Both the position numbers and the translations under genes were made by a program. A stretch of 64,000 nt of DNA from an uncultured Gammaproteobacteria bacterium (GTDB lineage: Bacteria; Patescibacteriota; Microgenomatia; UBA8517): the NCBI GenBank assembly GCA_964395115.1, contig CAYMZX010000001.1, forward strand, positions 14,751 through 78,750. The letters are read 5' to 3'. Under the pieces are notes generated by a model that searched no databases, was not told the origin of the DNA, and saw only the letters and a list, made by a program, of their open reading frames with translations. Each line of letters opens with the position of its first letter. Positions within the stretch are counted from its first letter, which is position 1. Positions 56,217 through 64,000 of the stretch are shown one piece after another.

Positions 56217-57185
56217 CTATTTTATCACGAAGCGACTAGAAGAATCCAATTTTTTAGCAAAATTGTCTATCAGTTCCTCCAAAAAGGCATCTCTTTGCTT
56301 CATTTCCCAGCGAGGGAACCCAATCTGGTCGTTTATTTCGAAAATCCTGGGAACTCCGTCCTTTCCCATTCCAAAATCAATACTAAAAAGGGGGTTGTCA
56401 TATTTCTTGTAAAAATTTACAGCAATTTTATCGACAATTATTTTAATTTCATCCGGAACCAAACGGTAGTCAATCTCGGTCAAAACCCCACCGCCGGCGG
56501 CGTTGGCTTTAAAACTTCCTGTCGGGGGAACCCTGACATGTGACCAAACGGCTTTTCCATTTACAATGACAACCCTTAAATCGTGCATACTTAATGTGAC
56601 ATTAGAAATTCCGCCTGATGTATCTACAAATTCCTGGGCAATATATTTTGGATACTTTTCTAAAAAATTAAATTTGAGAGCTTTTGATTTTGGACCAATA
56701 AAAATGCCGATCCCTTTCAGACCGTTATACGGTTTCAGAACAACCCAGTCGCTCTTAATAAAAGAGAGCATTTTAGCCAAATTATCTTTCTTCCCCACCC
56801 AAAAAGTTTTGGGCATATATTTGCCGATTTGTCGATAGGCTTTCCATTTATCCCAGGCCAAAATTTTAAAATCCCGTCTATTAACCCAGATAACAGTCTC
56901 GTCATTTTCCGGCGGAAAGGCAATTCCGGCCGAACGGTCGTAAACCAAATCGATCCTGACCGGTTTAGTAATTTTTTCAAATTTACCCCGATAGAAGCGC
57001 CAGCTTTTGAGAAAATGACCATCTCCTTGATATGTCCGCCTCGTTAAAACATAAACTTCCCAACCTCTTTTTTGACACAACTCTAAAAATCGAAGATAAA
57101 CAGGAAGTTTGGCGCCGATATGGGCAAGAGGGAAATTTCCGACAAATGGTCTAGAAAACAGAATTCCGACTTTAGCTTTGGCCAT
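56217..57185 (-). CDS. ATP-grasp ligase (YheC/D- or RimK-like)
   Basis: DLVYDR, N...DKW, VLKP..G.KG.GI, QEFVD, HDLRV, R...SFKAN..GG, FEIN. Confidence 0.8.
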   Translation of the reverse strand: MAKAKVGILFSRPFVGNFPLAHIGAKLPVYLRFLELCQKRGWEVYVLTRRTYQGDGHFLKSWRFYRGKFEKITKPVRIDLVYDRSAGIAFPPENDETVIWVNRRDFKILAWDKWKAYRQIGKYMPKTFWVGKKDNLAKMLSFIKSDWVVLKPYNGLKGIGIFIGPKSKALKFNFLEKYPKYIAQEFVDTSGGISNVTLSMHDLRVVIVNGKAVWSHVRVPPTGSFKANAAGGGVLTEIDYRLVPDEIKIIVDKIAVNFYKKYDNPLFSIDFGMGKDGVPRIFEINDQIGFPRWEMKQRDAFLEELIDNFAKKLDSSSRFVIK

Positions 57186-58094
57186 TTATTTACATACTTC
57201 TGCCAAATAATCGGATAATTGGTCAATTTCTGGAGAAATTTTAGTATCATACGTCAAACCAGGTCCCCGGTTAACCTCGATCAACCAAATTTTATTGCTT
57301 CCCTTTTCGATGCCTATATCTACTCCGGCAATTTGAAAATTTAATGTTTTTACCCCTTTAATTGCGACTGAATAAATTTCTTTAGGGATTTTTGAAATTG
57401 GTAAAAACAGTTCTCTCGCCCCTAGGGCAATATTGTGGCGAAATTCATTTTTAGAAGTAATAAGCTTTTTTTCCCAAACCCTGACTTCATTGCCTAAAAC
57501 AAGAAGGCGGTATTCGTCTTTTATTTCGATATACTTTTGAAACATAAATTGATTTTCTTTTCCCTCTTTATCTTTAATCGGCAATTTGGCGAAATCTTTT
57601 TTAGACTTTATTTTGAAAACCCCTTGTCCCCTTTGCATTGAAAGCTCTTTAGCCACCAAAGGAAATCCAAATTTTTTTATTATCCGTGATTGGTATTGCT
57701 CAATGTTTGTTGACCAAACATAAATCGTTGGTACTACCGGCAACCCCGCCAGAGAGAGGCGGACCAAAGAAGTAAGCTTGCTGCCCAAGGGACCAATTTG
57801 AGACCAGCAACGGTCAATAAATTTAATCTTTGATCTTTCGAGAGGGAGAGCCAAAGTTCCGGCCAAATCAGAAAAAATTTTTCCTACCCGACGGAAGTAA
57901 ACCAAATCATAATTATTTATTGGTAATCTTTCAATTTCGACTGAAATATCTCCGTCATCGATTTCGAAATAGAGATCGGAAAATCTCGCCAGGGTGATTT
58001 GAAAATTTCTATCTGCCAATTTTCGGGCGATAAGCTCCGCCAAAAGCTCTTTTTTTGTGCCGATCTTATCTACCAAAATAAGAATTTTTTTCAT
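57186..58094 (-). CDS. RimK-like ATP-grasp ligase
   Basis: GLPVVPT, GFPLVAK...RGQGV, QKYI, EYRLLVLG, EFRHNIALGA, AGVD, EVNRGPG. Confidence 0.85.
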   Translation of the reverse strand: MKKILILVDKIGTKKELLAELIARKLADRNFQITLARFSDLYFEIDDGDISVEIERLPINNYDLVYFRRVGKIFSDLAGTLALPLERSKIKFIDRCWSQIGPLGSKLTSLVRLSLAGLPVVPTIYVWSTNIEQYQSRIIKKFGFPLVAKELSMQRGQGVFKIKSKKDFAKLPIKDKEGKENQFMFQKYIEIKDEYRLLVLGNEVRVWEKKLITSKNEFRHNIALGARELFLPISKIPKEIYSVAIKGVKTLNFQIAGVDIGIEKGSNKIWLIEVNRGPGLTYDTKISPEIDQLSDYLAEVCK

Positions 58095-58096
58095 TT

Positions 58097-59389
58097 TTAA
58101 GCTCTGACCAAAAAACCTTTCAAATCCCGCCTTCCAATAATGACCGGCGAACGCAAATGTTCACGATTGGCAACGTTGGCAAGAGTAATAATTTTTCTTC
58201 CCGCCAGATAAAAAGTTAAGTTGACAACCTGTCTTTTCTCCCTACCCAAACCGCTTTTGTAATACTTAGTCCAAAGAACATTGCTTTTTCGAGTAATTCC
58301 GAGTCTTTCTGCCAAAGTTTTATCAATCGAAGTCCTCCAAGCTCCCGTGTCCAATTTCGCCGGTACCTCAATTTTCTTAGCGTTCGCCGAGACAATTTTT
58401 ATCTTTTCCCAGATATCCACTGTTTTTATTCCCTCTTCGGCCGCCACCCTATCAGCAAATCTTCCGGCGAAAAGTGCCTGGCCAATTTTTACACCCTGGT
58501 CTTCTCGACGAACATCTAACCCCTCAACTCTTTCCAATCGTTTTCTTAAACCTTCCATATTTGCCAGCTGGATCTGCAGACCGGGCTGGGCATTTAGTTC
58601 CAACACCATCGGCCCTTTTTCTGGGTGAAGGACAATATCAATCCCGGCATATCCCAATCCCGAGGCTGTACCAGCGGCAACTGCTGTTTCTAGTATCTTT
58701 GTCCAACTGGGTATTTTTATTCCTCGAAGTTTTCTTTTAGTTCCTGGTTTATAAACTATTTGTACTCCGTGCCAAATTGCTCGAGTAGTTATACCAGTGG
58801 CGATATCTATCCCGACTCCAATTGCTCCTTGGTGTAAGTTGGCTCGGCCCTGCGATTCTTTGGTTGGCAGCCTAAGCATCGCCATAATTGGCACCTTATT
58901 AAAAACAATAATCCTAATATCCGGGGTTCCTCTGTACGCATATTTTCTAAAAGTTTTATGACGGCCGACATATTCTTGAATAAACGCCACATCCGGTTCG
59001 TTCCGCATACTGTACGCCCCTTCGAGTATATCCAGTACATGCAACTTTAAATCCTCGATGGTCACTCTTTCTCTTTGGGTCGTAATCCATCCTTCAAAGG
59101 GCGGTTCGGCTTTCTTTTTAACAACAATTATTCCTTCTCCTCCCAAACCTCGGCTTGGTTTTAGAACAAACGAAGCAGGCAGATTTCCCCAATCATAATC
59201 TTCTACATCCGATGGCCGTCTGAACTTTTTAAGTATTTCGGGGTGCGGAATACCGTTGGCTTTAAGAACCCTGGCGGTTTGAATTTTTGAATCGGCAATT
59301 TTTTTGCCTTTCAGGGAATTATATCGGTAGGCGAAAAGCTGAGTGCGAGCGTTGAGGCCAAGAATCGTAGAAACATTCATAAGTTCCAT
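58097..59389 (-). CDS. Alpha-L-glutamate ligase-like ATP-grasp (ATPgrasp_ST type) fused to a RimB-like retropepsin protease domain
   Basis: ILGLNAR...DSK, FVLKP..G.GGEGI, GTPDIRIIV, MAMLRLPT..S.GRANLHQG, LELNAQPGL.IQ.AN; C-terminal AKLDTGA..TSID...RE.R...IGR. Confidence 0.88.
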   Translation of the reverse strand: MELMNVSTILGLNARTQLFAYRYNSLKGKKIADSKIQTARVLKANGIPHPEILKKFRRPSDVEDYDWGNLPASFVLKPSRGLGGEGIIVVKKKAEPPFEGWITTQRERVTIEDLKLHVLDILEGAYSMRNEPDVAFIQEYVGRHKTFRKYAYRGTPDIRIIVFNKVPIMAMLRLPTKESQGRANLHQGAIGVGIDIATGITTRAIWHGVQIVYKPGTKRKLRGIKIPSWTKILETAVAAGTASGLGYAGIDIVLHPEKGPMVLELNAQPGLQIQLANMEGLRKRLERVEGLDVRREDQGVKIGQALFAGRFADRVAAEEGIKTVDIWEKIKIVSANAKKIEVPAKLDTGAWRTSIDKTLAERLGITRKSNVLWTKYYKSGLGREKRQVVNLTFYLAGRKIITLANVANREHLRSPVIIGRRDLKGFLVRA

Positions 59390-59392
59390 CAA

Positions 59393-60268
59393 TCAAGTTT
59401 TAATAAGCTTTCTAAATCTCCAAATCTCTAGGATCCTTAACCCAGAATACTTACCCAAGAGATAATCAAGGATCAATAGTCCCACCAGATACCACTCTGG
59501 ATTGAGAAGAGCAAATTCCTGAACCACTTTCAAGGTCAGGAAGAAATAGGACACGAGGGCCAAAATAAGCGTTTCTGTAGTCAGGTTGATGGCCGTTTTT
59601 ATGCTTTTTCCCAACTGAACCCGGATGAAATCTTCGGCCAGCAGAGCCATTATGAGAATTGGGAAAATAGACACATTGGTCAAATCGGGGTAGCGAATTA
59701 CCGGGGTAACAAAAAGAACGGCCATTACCGAAAAAGAAACAACCCAAAGAATAAGGGCCATACGCGGTAAGTACTGAAGTTTTATTTTCAATCTTCTCAA
59801 GAGCATTCTGGTCAGAGTAGAAACGGCAACGATAAGCAAAAAGAGAGCGATTCCCAAAATTGGCCGAGTCGCCAGAAAGACTACCGATAAGGCGGCTGGC
59901 AGGAAAATTCCAAATCCCCTAAGACCAACCAGATGTCTAGCGGCGGCAATAATTAAAGCAACTAAGGGCAGGAGAAGAAGTAAAACGATAGTGTTGGCTG
60001 GAACACCGGTTTTTACGGCTCCCCGTATGGCGTATTTTAAGGGATTGGCAGGCCACACAGGTCCCAATTTTTGGTCTTCTAAAAGTTCCTCCAATGGACC
60101 TAATGTCTCCTTGGTTTTTTGAGTCAAATCCGGCACTGGGGTTGGAAGCGGAGTCGGCTCAAAGATCGGGCTAGCGCTTGGACTCGGGCTGACCACAGCA
60201 AAGACTGGCTCGGTTAAAAAGCCTAAAAAAACCATAAACAACGCCAAAGAAAAAATAAGCCTGCGCAT
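59393..60268 (-). CDS. 7TM protein (7TM_transglut-like) without the transglutaminase domain
   Basis: LLLLLP..A......R.LVG..GFGIF.P, LPRMA, FPILI...E.F, GKYSGLR..E..RF; N-terminal signal peptide plus SP/PT linker. Confidence 0.82.
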   Translation of the reverse strand: MRRLIFSLALFMVFLGFLTEPVFAVVSPSPSASPIFEPTPLPTPVPDLTQKTKETLGPLEELLEDQKLGPVWPANPLKYAIRGAVKTGVPANTIVLLLLLPLVALIIAAARHLVGLRGFGIFLPAALSVVFLATRPILGIALFLLIVAVSTLTRMLLRRLKIKLQYLPRMALILWVVSFSVMAVLFVTPVIRYPDLTNVSIFPILIMALLAEDFIRVQLGKSIKTAINLTTETLILALVSYFFLTLKVVQEFALLNPEWYLVGLLILDYLLGKYSGLRILEIWRFRKLIKT

Positions 60269-60297
60269 GGGAAATAATTTAGGAGTCAATTATACAA

Positions 60298-60597
60298 CTA
60301 CGGGGCGGTTTCTTTCCACCTCATCCTTCCTTTGGGTGAGGATTCGAGGGATTGAAGTCTTAAAGAGGATGTAAGAACTTGTTCGGCAAAAAAAAGACGG
60401 CTTTTTTTATTTTTCATCGAAGAAAGGGGGTCTCTTTTCCCTACAAAGTGTCTTATAATCCTGAATATCTCATCCTTGTTCTTGATATCATTCCAAAGTC
60501 TATTAGCAAGGCCAATTTTCTCTTTCTGGTTTCTGGCCATCCAATTAGCAATTCTTCTTAGGTCAGAGGCAGCATTTAGGTAATCGGCCTTCGTCAT
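60298..60597 (-). CDS. Hypothetical helical protein whose C-terminus is read from a duplicated gene end
   Basis: 99 aa, ATGA-coupled to the upstream gene; ends RMRWKETAP. Confidence 0.65.
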   Translation of the reverse strand: MTKADYLNAASDLRRIANWMARNQKEKIGLANRLWNDIKNKDEIFRIIRHFVGKRDPLSSMKNKKSRLFFAEQVLTSSLRLQSLESSPKGRMRWKETAP

Positions 60598-60937
60598 ATC
60601 AAAAAACGCTTCGCAGTTTTGATAAACTTTTTTCTAATTTCCGGATTTAGAATTTCCATTAGGTCAAATCCCCCGCCCCAGATATTTCTTTGGCGTGACC
60701 CATTTTTTATTAAAATGTTTTCTGAATCGGCATGAAGCTTTCCTCCCATCGCCATAACTTTTCTTTCAATATCAACAACGATTTTTATATAATCTTCAAA
60801 TTCTTCTGCCGCCATCAGGATGTCTTTTTTTGTGGCCTTTTTCTCCAAATAAACAATCATTCCTGAGCAATAATATCATAAAATTCGGTAGGGGCGTTTT
60901 TTATGTTATGGTGCTACTTCTTTCCACCTCATCCTTC
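60310..60937. repeat. Direct repeat: identical 20-bp core TTCTTTCCACCTCATCCTTC at 60310-60329 and 60918-60937
   Basis: Read directly from the sequence; similarity extends to about 40 bp and both copies end in A-P-stop. Confidence 0.9.
60594..60860 (-). CDS. DUF5674-like protein, apparently internally deleted
   Basis: YIK.VVDIE...A.GG.LHAD.E..L...GS.Q..IWG motifs; the IRP-containing segment expected before MEI..PEIR is absent. Confidence 0.65.
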   Translation of the reverse strand: MIVYLEKKATKKDILMAAEEFEDYIKIVVDIERKVMAMGGKLHADSENILIKNGSRQRNIWGGGFDLMEILNPEIRKKFIKTAKRFLI

Positions 60938-62474
60938 TCTGGGTAAAGACTCTGGGGAAAGTGACAATAATTTCCGGGGCGTATTCAAAAAGTTCAGCCG
61001 GAGTATTCGTATTGGCGTCTCCCAAATCTCTTTCAAGAACAACTCCGTCATAAGCAACGACCGACCCTCTAACATAAAGCTGTTCGGTGCCGGCTCCGGT
61101 GCGGAACTCTCCCTCGGCAAAATAAATGCCTTCAAGCTCGGGGTTTGTTGGTTGGGAAACAGAAGGATCGACAAAAATGTTCCCTTTAAACCCATTGGCG
61201 TCTTTGCCGACTATTACCATAAAGAAGCCGCTTCCCGGATTTTGAATATTGATGCGCCCGTTAAGATAAAGGTCGGCTCCCTCTACAAAAAGAACAACCT
61301 TCCGGCTGCCGGTTAGGTTGACATTGCCGTTAATTGTCAAATCCCCCCGGGTTGCCCCGTTCCAGTGATACCAAACATAGCCCCGCGAAGGTGCCCCTCC
61401 CGAATTAAAAGTTCCCCCAGTAACCGGCGGGGTGAGTTCGTTGATAATGACATCGTCGGGAATTTGTCTCTTGAAATACGAGTAGTCGTAGGCTCTGCCG
61501 GTATATCTGGAGTTAACCAGCCAATTATAGGGATCTTCGGCCGCCCTTCCCGTTCCGGCTCCAGCTTGAAAATCGGCGATGGCCCCTCCGTAAGCCGGCA
61601 CTCCAGGAAATCCTCCGGCCCCCCTTAATCCAAAAACCGGATTACAGGCAGGGATAGTGCAAATAGTGGGAATTAACGAAATGATATTCCCGTTGGTGGT
61701 TACATCCGCATCTTTTACCTGCCACCAAGGACCGGGGGGGGTAACATTAACGGTTGAAGTGTCGTTGCAACGGGAAGATCCGCCCATAATGACATCGGCC
61801 CTGACGGTGGTTGAGCCGGGGAAAACCCCGGTGGCCGAAGTGGAATAGACAGCGGTTGTGTCCGAAGCGGGGTTAACCGTCGCAATCCCGGTATTTGCCG
61901 AAGCGAAGTTTACCTGGCTGACGGTGCCTGAACCTATGGTTACGCTGGCGGTAAGTTCAACAGCCGAACCCACCTGGGTGGTAACGGTATTGGGAGTCAA
62001 ATCAACCGTGCAAGAAGGAGTGGGGGTAGGAGCTGGGGTTGGAGTGGGCGCGGGAGTATCTTCTCTGAGACAGCAACCTGTTGTGTAGGAAAATTCTGGG
62101 GCGCACGTGGTTTTACTCGAATTAATAATACAACCTGATTGCCATTGCGTTCCTGCTCTTTGAAGGTAGGACACAGGGTAAATTGTAACACGACACGATA
62201 TATTGTTAGGACTACTTAAACAGTTCCTACTACCACCCCCCATACAGGACCACCACCCATTGCAGCCCCATAATTCATTATTAGAGCATTGAAATGTGTT
62301 ACCATTTAAAAAACATTTCTTTGCATTTATATTCACCCTAATGGTATAATCAGGAATACCGCAATACCAACCTACTCCACATGCTTGGTCGGCAAAAACG
62401 GTATTAGCTCGATTTATAAAAAAGAAAAGGATTAATACTAAGACCTTTAATAAAGCAGAATATATTCGCCTCAT
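60906..62474 (-). CDS. Secreted/surface protein: Cys-rich N-domain, PT linker, Ig-like domain and a beta-rich C-domain ending W.EVAP
   Basis: Signal peptide; 12 Cys in about 110 aa; TPAPTPTP; FASANTGIATV (Big_2-like); PWWQV...LEGIY.A...RDL...PAE.F.Y.P...WKEVAP. Confidence 0.75.
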   Translation of the reverse strand: MRRIYSALLKVLVLILFFFINRANTVFADQACGVGWYCGIPDYTIRVNINAKKCFLNGNTFQCSNNELWGCNGWWSCMGGGSRNCLSSPNNISCRVTIYPVSYLQRAGTQWQSGCIINSSKTTCAPEFSYTTGCCLREDTPAPTPTPAPTPTPSCTVDLTPNTVTTQVGSAVELTASVTIGSGTVSQVNFASANTGIATVNPASDTTAVYSTSATGVFPGSTTVRADVIMGGSSRCNDTSTVNVTPPGPWWQVKDADVTTNGNIISLIPTICTIPACNPVFGLRGAGGFPGVPAYGGAIADFQAGAGTGRAAEDPYNWLVNSRYTGRAYDYSYFKRQIPDDVIINELTPPVTGGTFNSGGAPSRGYVWYHWNGATRGDLTINGNVNLTGSRKVVLFVEGADLYLNGRINIQNPGSGFFMVIVGKDANGFKGNIFVDPSVSQPTNPELEGIYFAEGEFRTGAGTEQLYVRGSVVAYDGVVLERDLGDANTNTPAELFEYAPEIIVTFPRVFTQRRMRWKEVAP

Positions 62475-62485
62475 GTTTTTTAACT

Positions 62486-63088
62486 TTAAAGACTAATCTG
62501 GGAAATTTGAATGAAATATTCGCCTTTAGGAAATCCACTTTTTTCCAATAATGCTTTCTTCAGCTTTTCAATAAAAATCAGATAAGATTCTGTCTGCTCA
62601 CTACTATCTAACATTTGAAAGTTTTTATCCTGCGTCACGATAAAAAGCTCGAGTAAATCTCCCCTCTTGATATTACTAATAACTTCTCCCGGGGGGGTAA
62701 GCTCACATCCTTTTGTGTTCGCACACACTCCAACTAAGGGATTTCTTCCTCCCAGCCTAGCATTATAAGCGTGCATCCTCCCGAATTTGTCGAAATACCC
62801 TATTTTTAGGAAAGCCTCATTCTCTGAAATATTTTGAACTTTTGCGATGCAAGCAATTGTAGTCCACGCTTGAAACTCTGCATCCCCAAACTCATAGACA
62901 TTGGACAATACTCCTGTAGAATAAGGCCGGCCAAAGATATCTCTACATACTAGTACTTTTTCCGTAACCAAAATTCCTAAAATGAAGAAAAAAATAACCA
63001 AAAATAATAACGCCCCAATAATCAGTAAAGTCGCTTTACTAGATTTGTCCTTAGATTGTTCGGAGCTAATGTTTTTTCCGATTTCCAT
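62486..63088 (-). CDS. Membrane-anchored hypothetical protein
   Basis: Single N-terminal TM helix, four Cys; AT-rich coding sequence. Confidence 0.65.
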   Translation of the reverse strand: MEIGKNISSEQSKDKSSKATLLIIGALLFLVIFFFILGILVTEKVLVCRDIFGRPYSTGVLSNVYEFGDAEFQAWTTIACIAKVQNISENEAFLKIGYFDKFGRMHAYNARLGGRNPLVGVCANTKGCELTPPGEVISNIKRGDLLELFIVTQDKNFQMLDSSEQTESYLIFIEKLKKALLEKSGFPKGEYFIQISQISL

Positions 63089-63198
63089 CAATTTTTAGTA
63101 TGACGAAAACCTGGAACGATTTCAATAGTTTTTAATTTTAATTTTTGAATATTGAAGATTTACCCGCGCTCTTTAGGAGATATCGTATCACTACCCCT

Positions 63199-63301
63199 TT
63201 TTTCCTGCATTCCTAAAAGCCAGGGGGGCCGGCTTCCTTTTTATGCGCGGAGCGAGTTAAGAAAGAAGTTACTCTGTTTTCTCTTGCATTCCTAATAACC
63301 A
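63199..63301 (-). repeat. Diverged direct repeat of the HTH gene 3' end (WLLGMQEK encoded twice)
   Basis: 63278-63301 TGG TTA TTA GGA ATG CAA GAG AAA versus 63199-63222 TGG CTT TTA GGA ATG CAG GAA AAA. Confidence 0.8.
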
Positions 63302-63490
63302 GAGTACTGCTTCTTTCTTATAGCGCCGGTCGCCTCGTGAATTAATCCTGATTGCCGGTAGCTTTCCTCGCTTTCCCCAGCGCTTGATGGTCAAGGGTGA
63401 AACGCGCAGAAGCTCGGCCACCTCCCGCACCGTAAGAAGGTCAGGAAGTTCTTCGAGTCTTATCTTTTTCTTCATCCCCTCTTCAGTCAT
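63269..63490 (-). CDS. MerR-like/excisionase-family (HTH_17) DNA-binding protein
   Basis: LLTVREVAELLRVSPLTIKRW...GKLPAIRI..RGDRRY. Confidence 0.88.
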   Translation of the reverse strand: MTEEGMKKKIRLEELPDLLTVREVAELLRVSPLTIKRWGKRGKLPAIRINSRGDRRYKKEAVLWLLGMQEKTE

Positions 63491-63557
63491 ATTCTTTTAA
63501 ACTATTTCGACCTTTTCTGATATAGTCCTAAGCCCATCTTATAACTTTCTTAGTCAG

Positions 63558-63586
63558 AAGATATCAAAGGGGTTCAGGAGTGTCAA
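63558..63586 (-). promoter_or_regulatory. Sigma70 promoter TTGACA-N17-TATCTT (extended -10) for the HTH gene
   Basis: Perfect -35 hexamer, 17-nt spacer and TGn before the -10, embedded in the TagA 3' end. Confidence 0.65.
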
Positions 63587-64000
63587 GGCCCATTTTGGAC
63601 AAGAAAACAAGAAAAGGAAAGACAACAACCGCATTTATTATCCTTTTGATCCTTGACGGCTGGATGAGCAGTCTCCATAACCACTCAAGCCCTCTTTCAG
63701 CCATCCATTTTGGCGGCATTCTGACATTTCCAGCGAGATAATCAAAAGCGCCACCAACAACCATTGCGCCACCAACATTGAGCTCATGAAGGTTTCTAGC
63801 GAGCCATTTCTCTTGTTTTGGGGCTCCGAATCCGACAAAAAGAAGTTCTGGTTTAAAACGATTGATCGCTTTTTTCGTATTCTCCTCAATTATCTTATTC
63901 CTTCTATTCAGGGGTTCTCCCTCCAAATTAAGATCAGGGCCGGCAGCGAATCCTATTTTTACTTTTTTCAAACTTCTTTTCAAGATTTCGGCCGCTTTTT
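63564..64000 (-). CDS. WecB/TagA/CpsF family glycosyltransferase (5' end off the window)
   Basis: LLFVGFGAPKQEKW, VGGAFDYLAG, GLEWLWRL..QP.R. Confidence 0.93.
   Translation of the reverse strand, partial: KAAEILKRSLKKVKIGFAAGPDLNLEGEPLNRRNKIIEENTKKAINRFKPELLFVGFGAPKQEKWLARNLHELNVGGAMVVGGAFDYLAGNVRMPPKWMAERGLEWLWRLLIQPSRIKRIINAVVVFPFLVFLSKMGLDTPEPL

Noticed and set aside
60298-63301. Diversity-generating retroelement TR/VR pair as the explanation for the gene-end repeats
   Set aside because: The repeats are short (about 24-40 bp), differences are not confined to adenines of one copy, and no reverse transcriptase is in the window.
1-64000. CRISPR array, rRNA, integrase/transposase or prophage genes
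   Set aside because: No regularly spaced repeat-spacer array, rRNA-like stretch or recombinase motif was recognised by eye.

Overview
About 64 kb of a gene-dense bacterial chromosome using genetic code 11. The content (no rplI after rpsF-ssb-rpsR, ThyX, archaeal/eukaryal-type ProRS, truncated housekeeping proteins, extended ribosomal proteins, few Shine-Dalgarno sites) points by inference to a Patescibacteria/CPR organism of the Microgenomates group. Most of the window is core machinery: translation (efp, tsf, frr, prfA-like, hisS, cysS, proS, ten ribosomal protein genes, five tRNAs), replication and repair (dnaB, dnaX, recR, ssb, topA, rnhB, dprA) and envelope (mreB, PBP2, proteases, gmd, TagA). 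The most interesting parts are: (1) a four-gene operon of a 7TM protein, an ATP-grasp/retropepsin fusion and two further ATP-grasp ligases (56217-60268), in a genome whose S6 lacks the RimK-target Glu tail; (2) a mosaic Cys-rich surface-protein locus (60298-63301) bracketed by two diverged duplications of gene 3' ends; (3) a Tat-signal VanW+CHAP fusion lying between tRNA-Trp and secE; (4) a thyX-dNK-(decayed tmk)-ftcD-cyclodeaminase cluster; (5) HisRS, RF1, YchF and DprA each missing whole domains; (6) a pseudoknot leader upstream of rpsB, signs of widespread leaderless mRNA, and in-frame repeat insertions in topA and rnhB. All family assignments come from motif recognition by eye; no database search was run.
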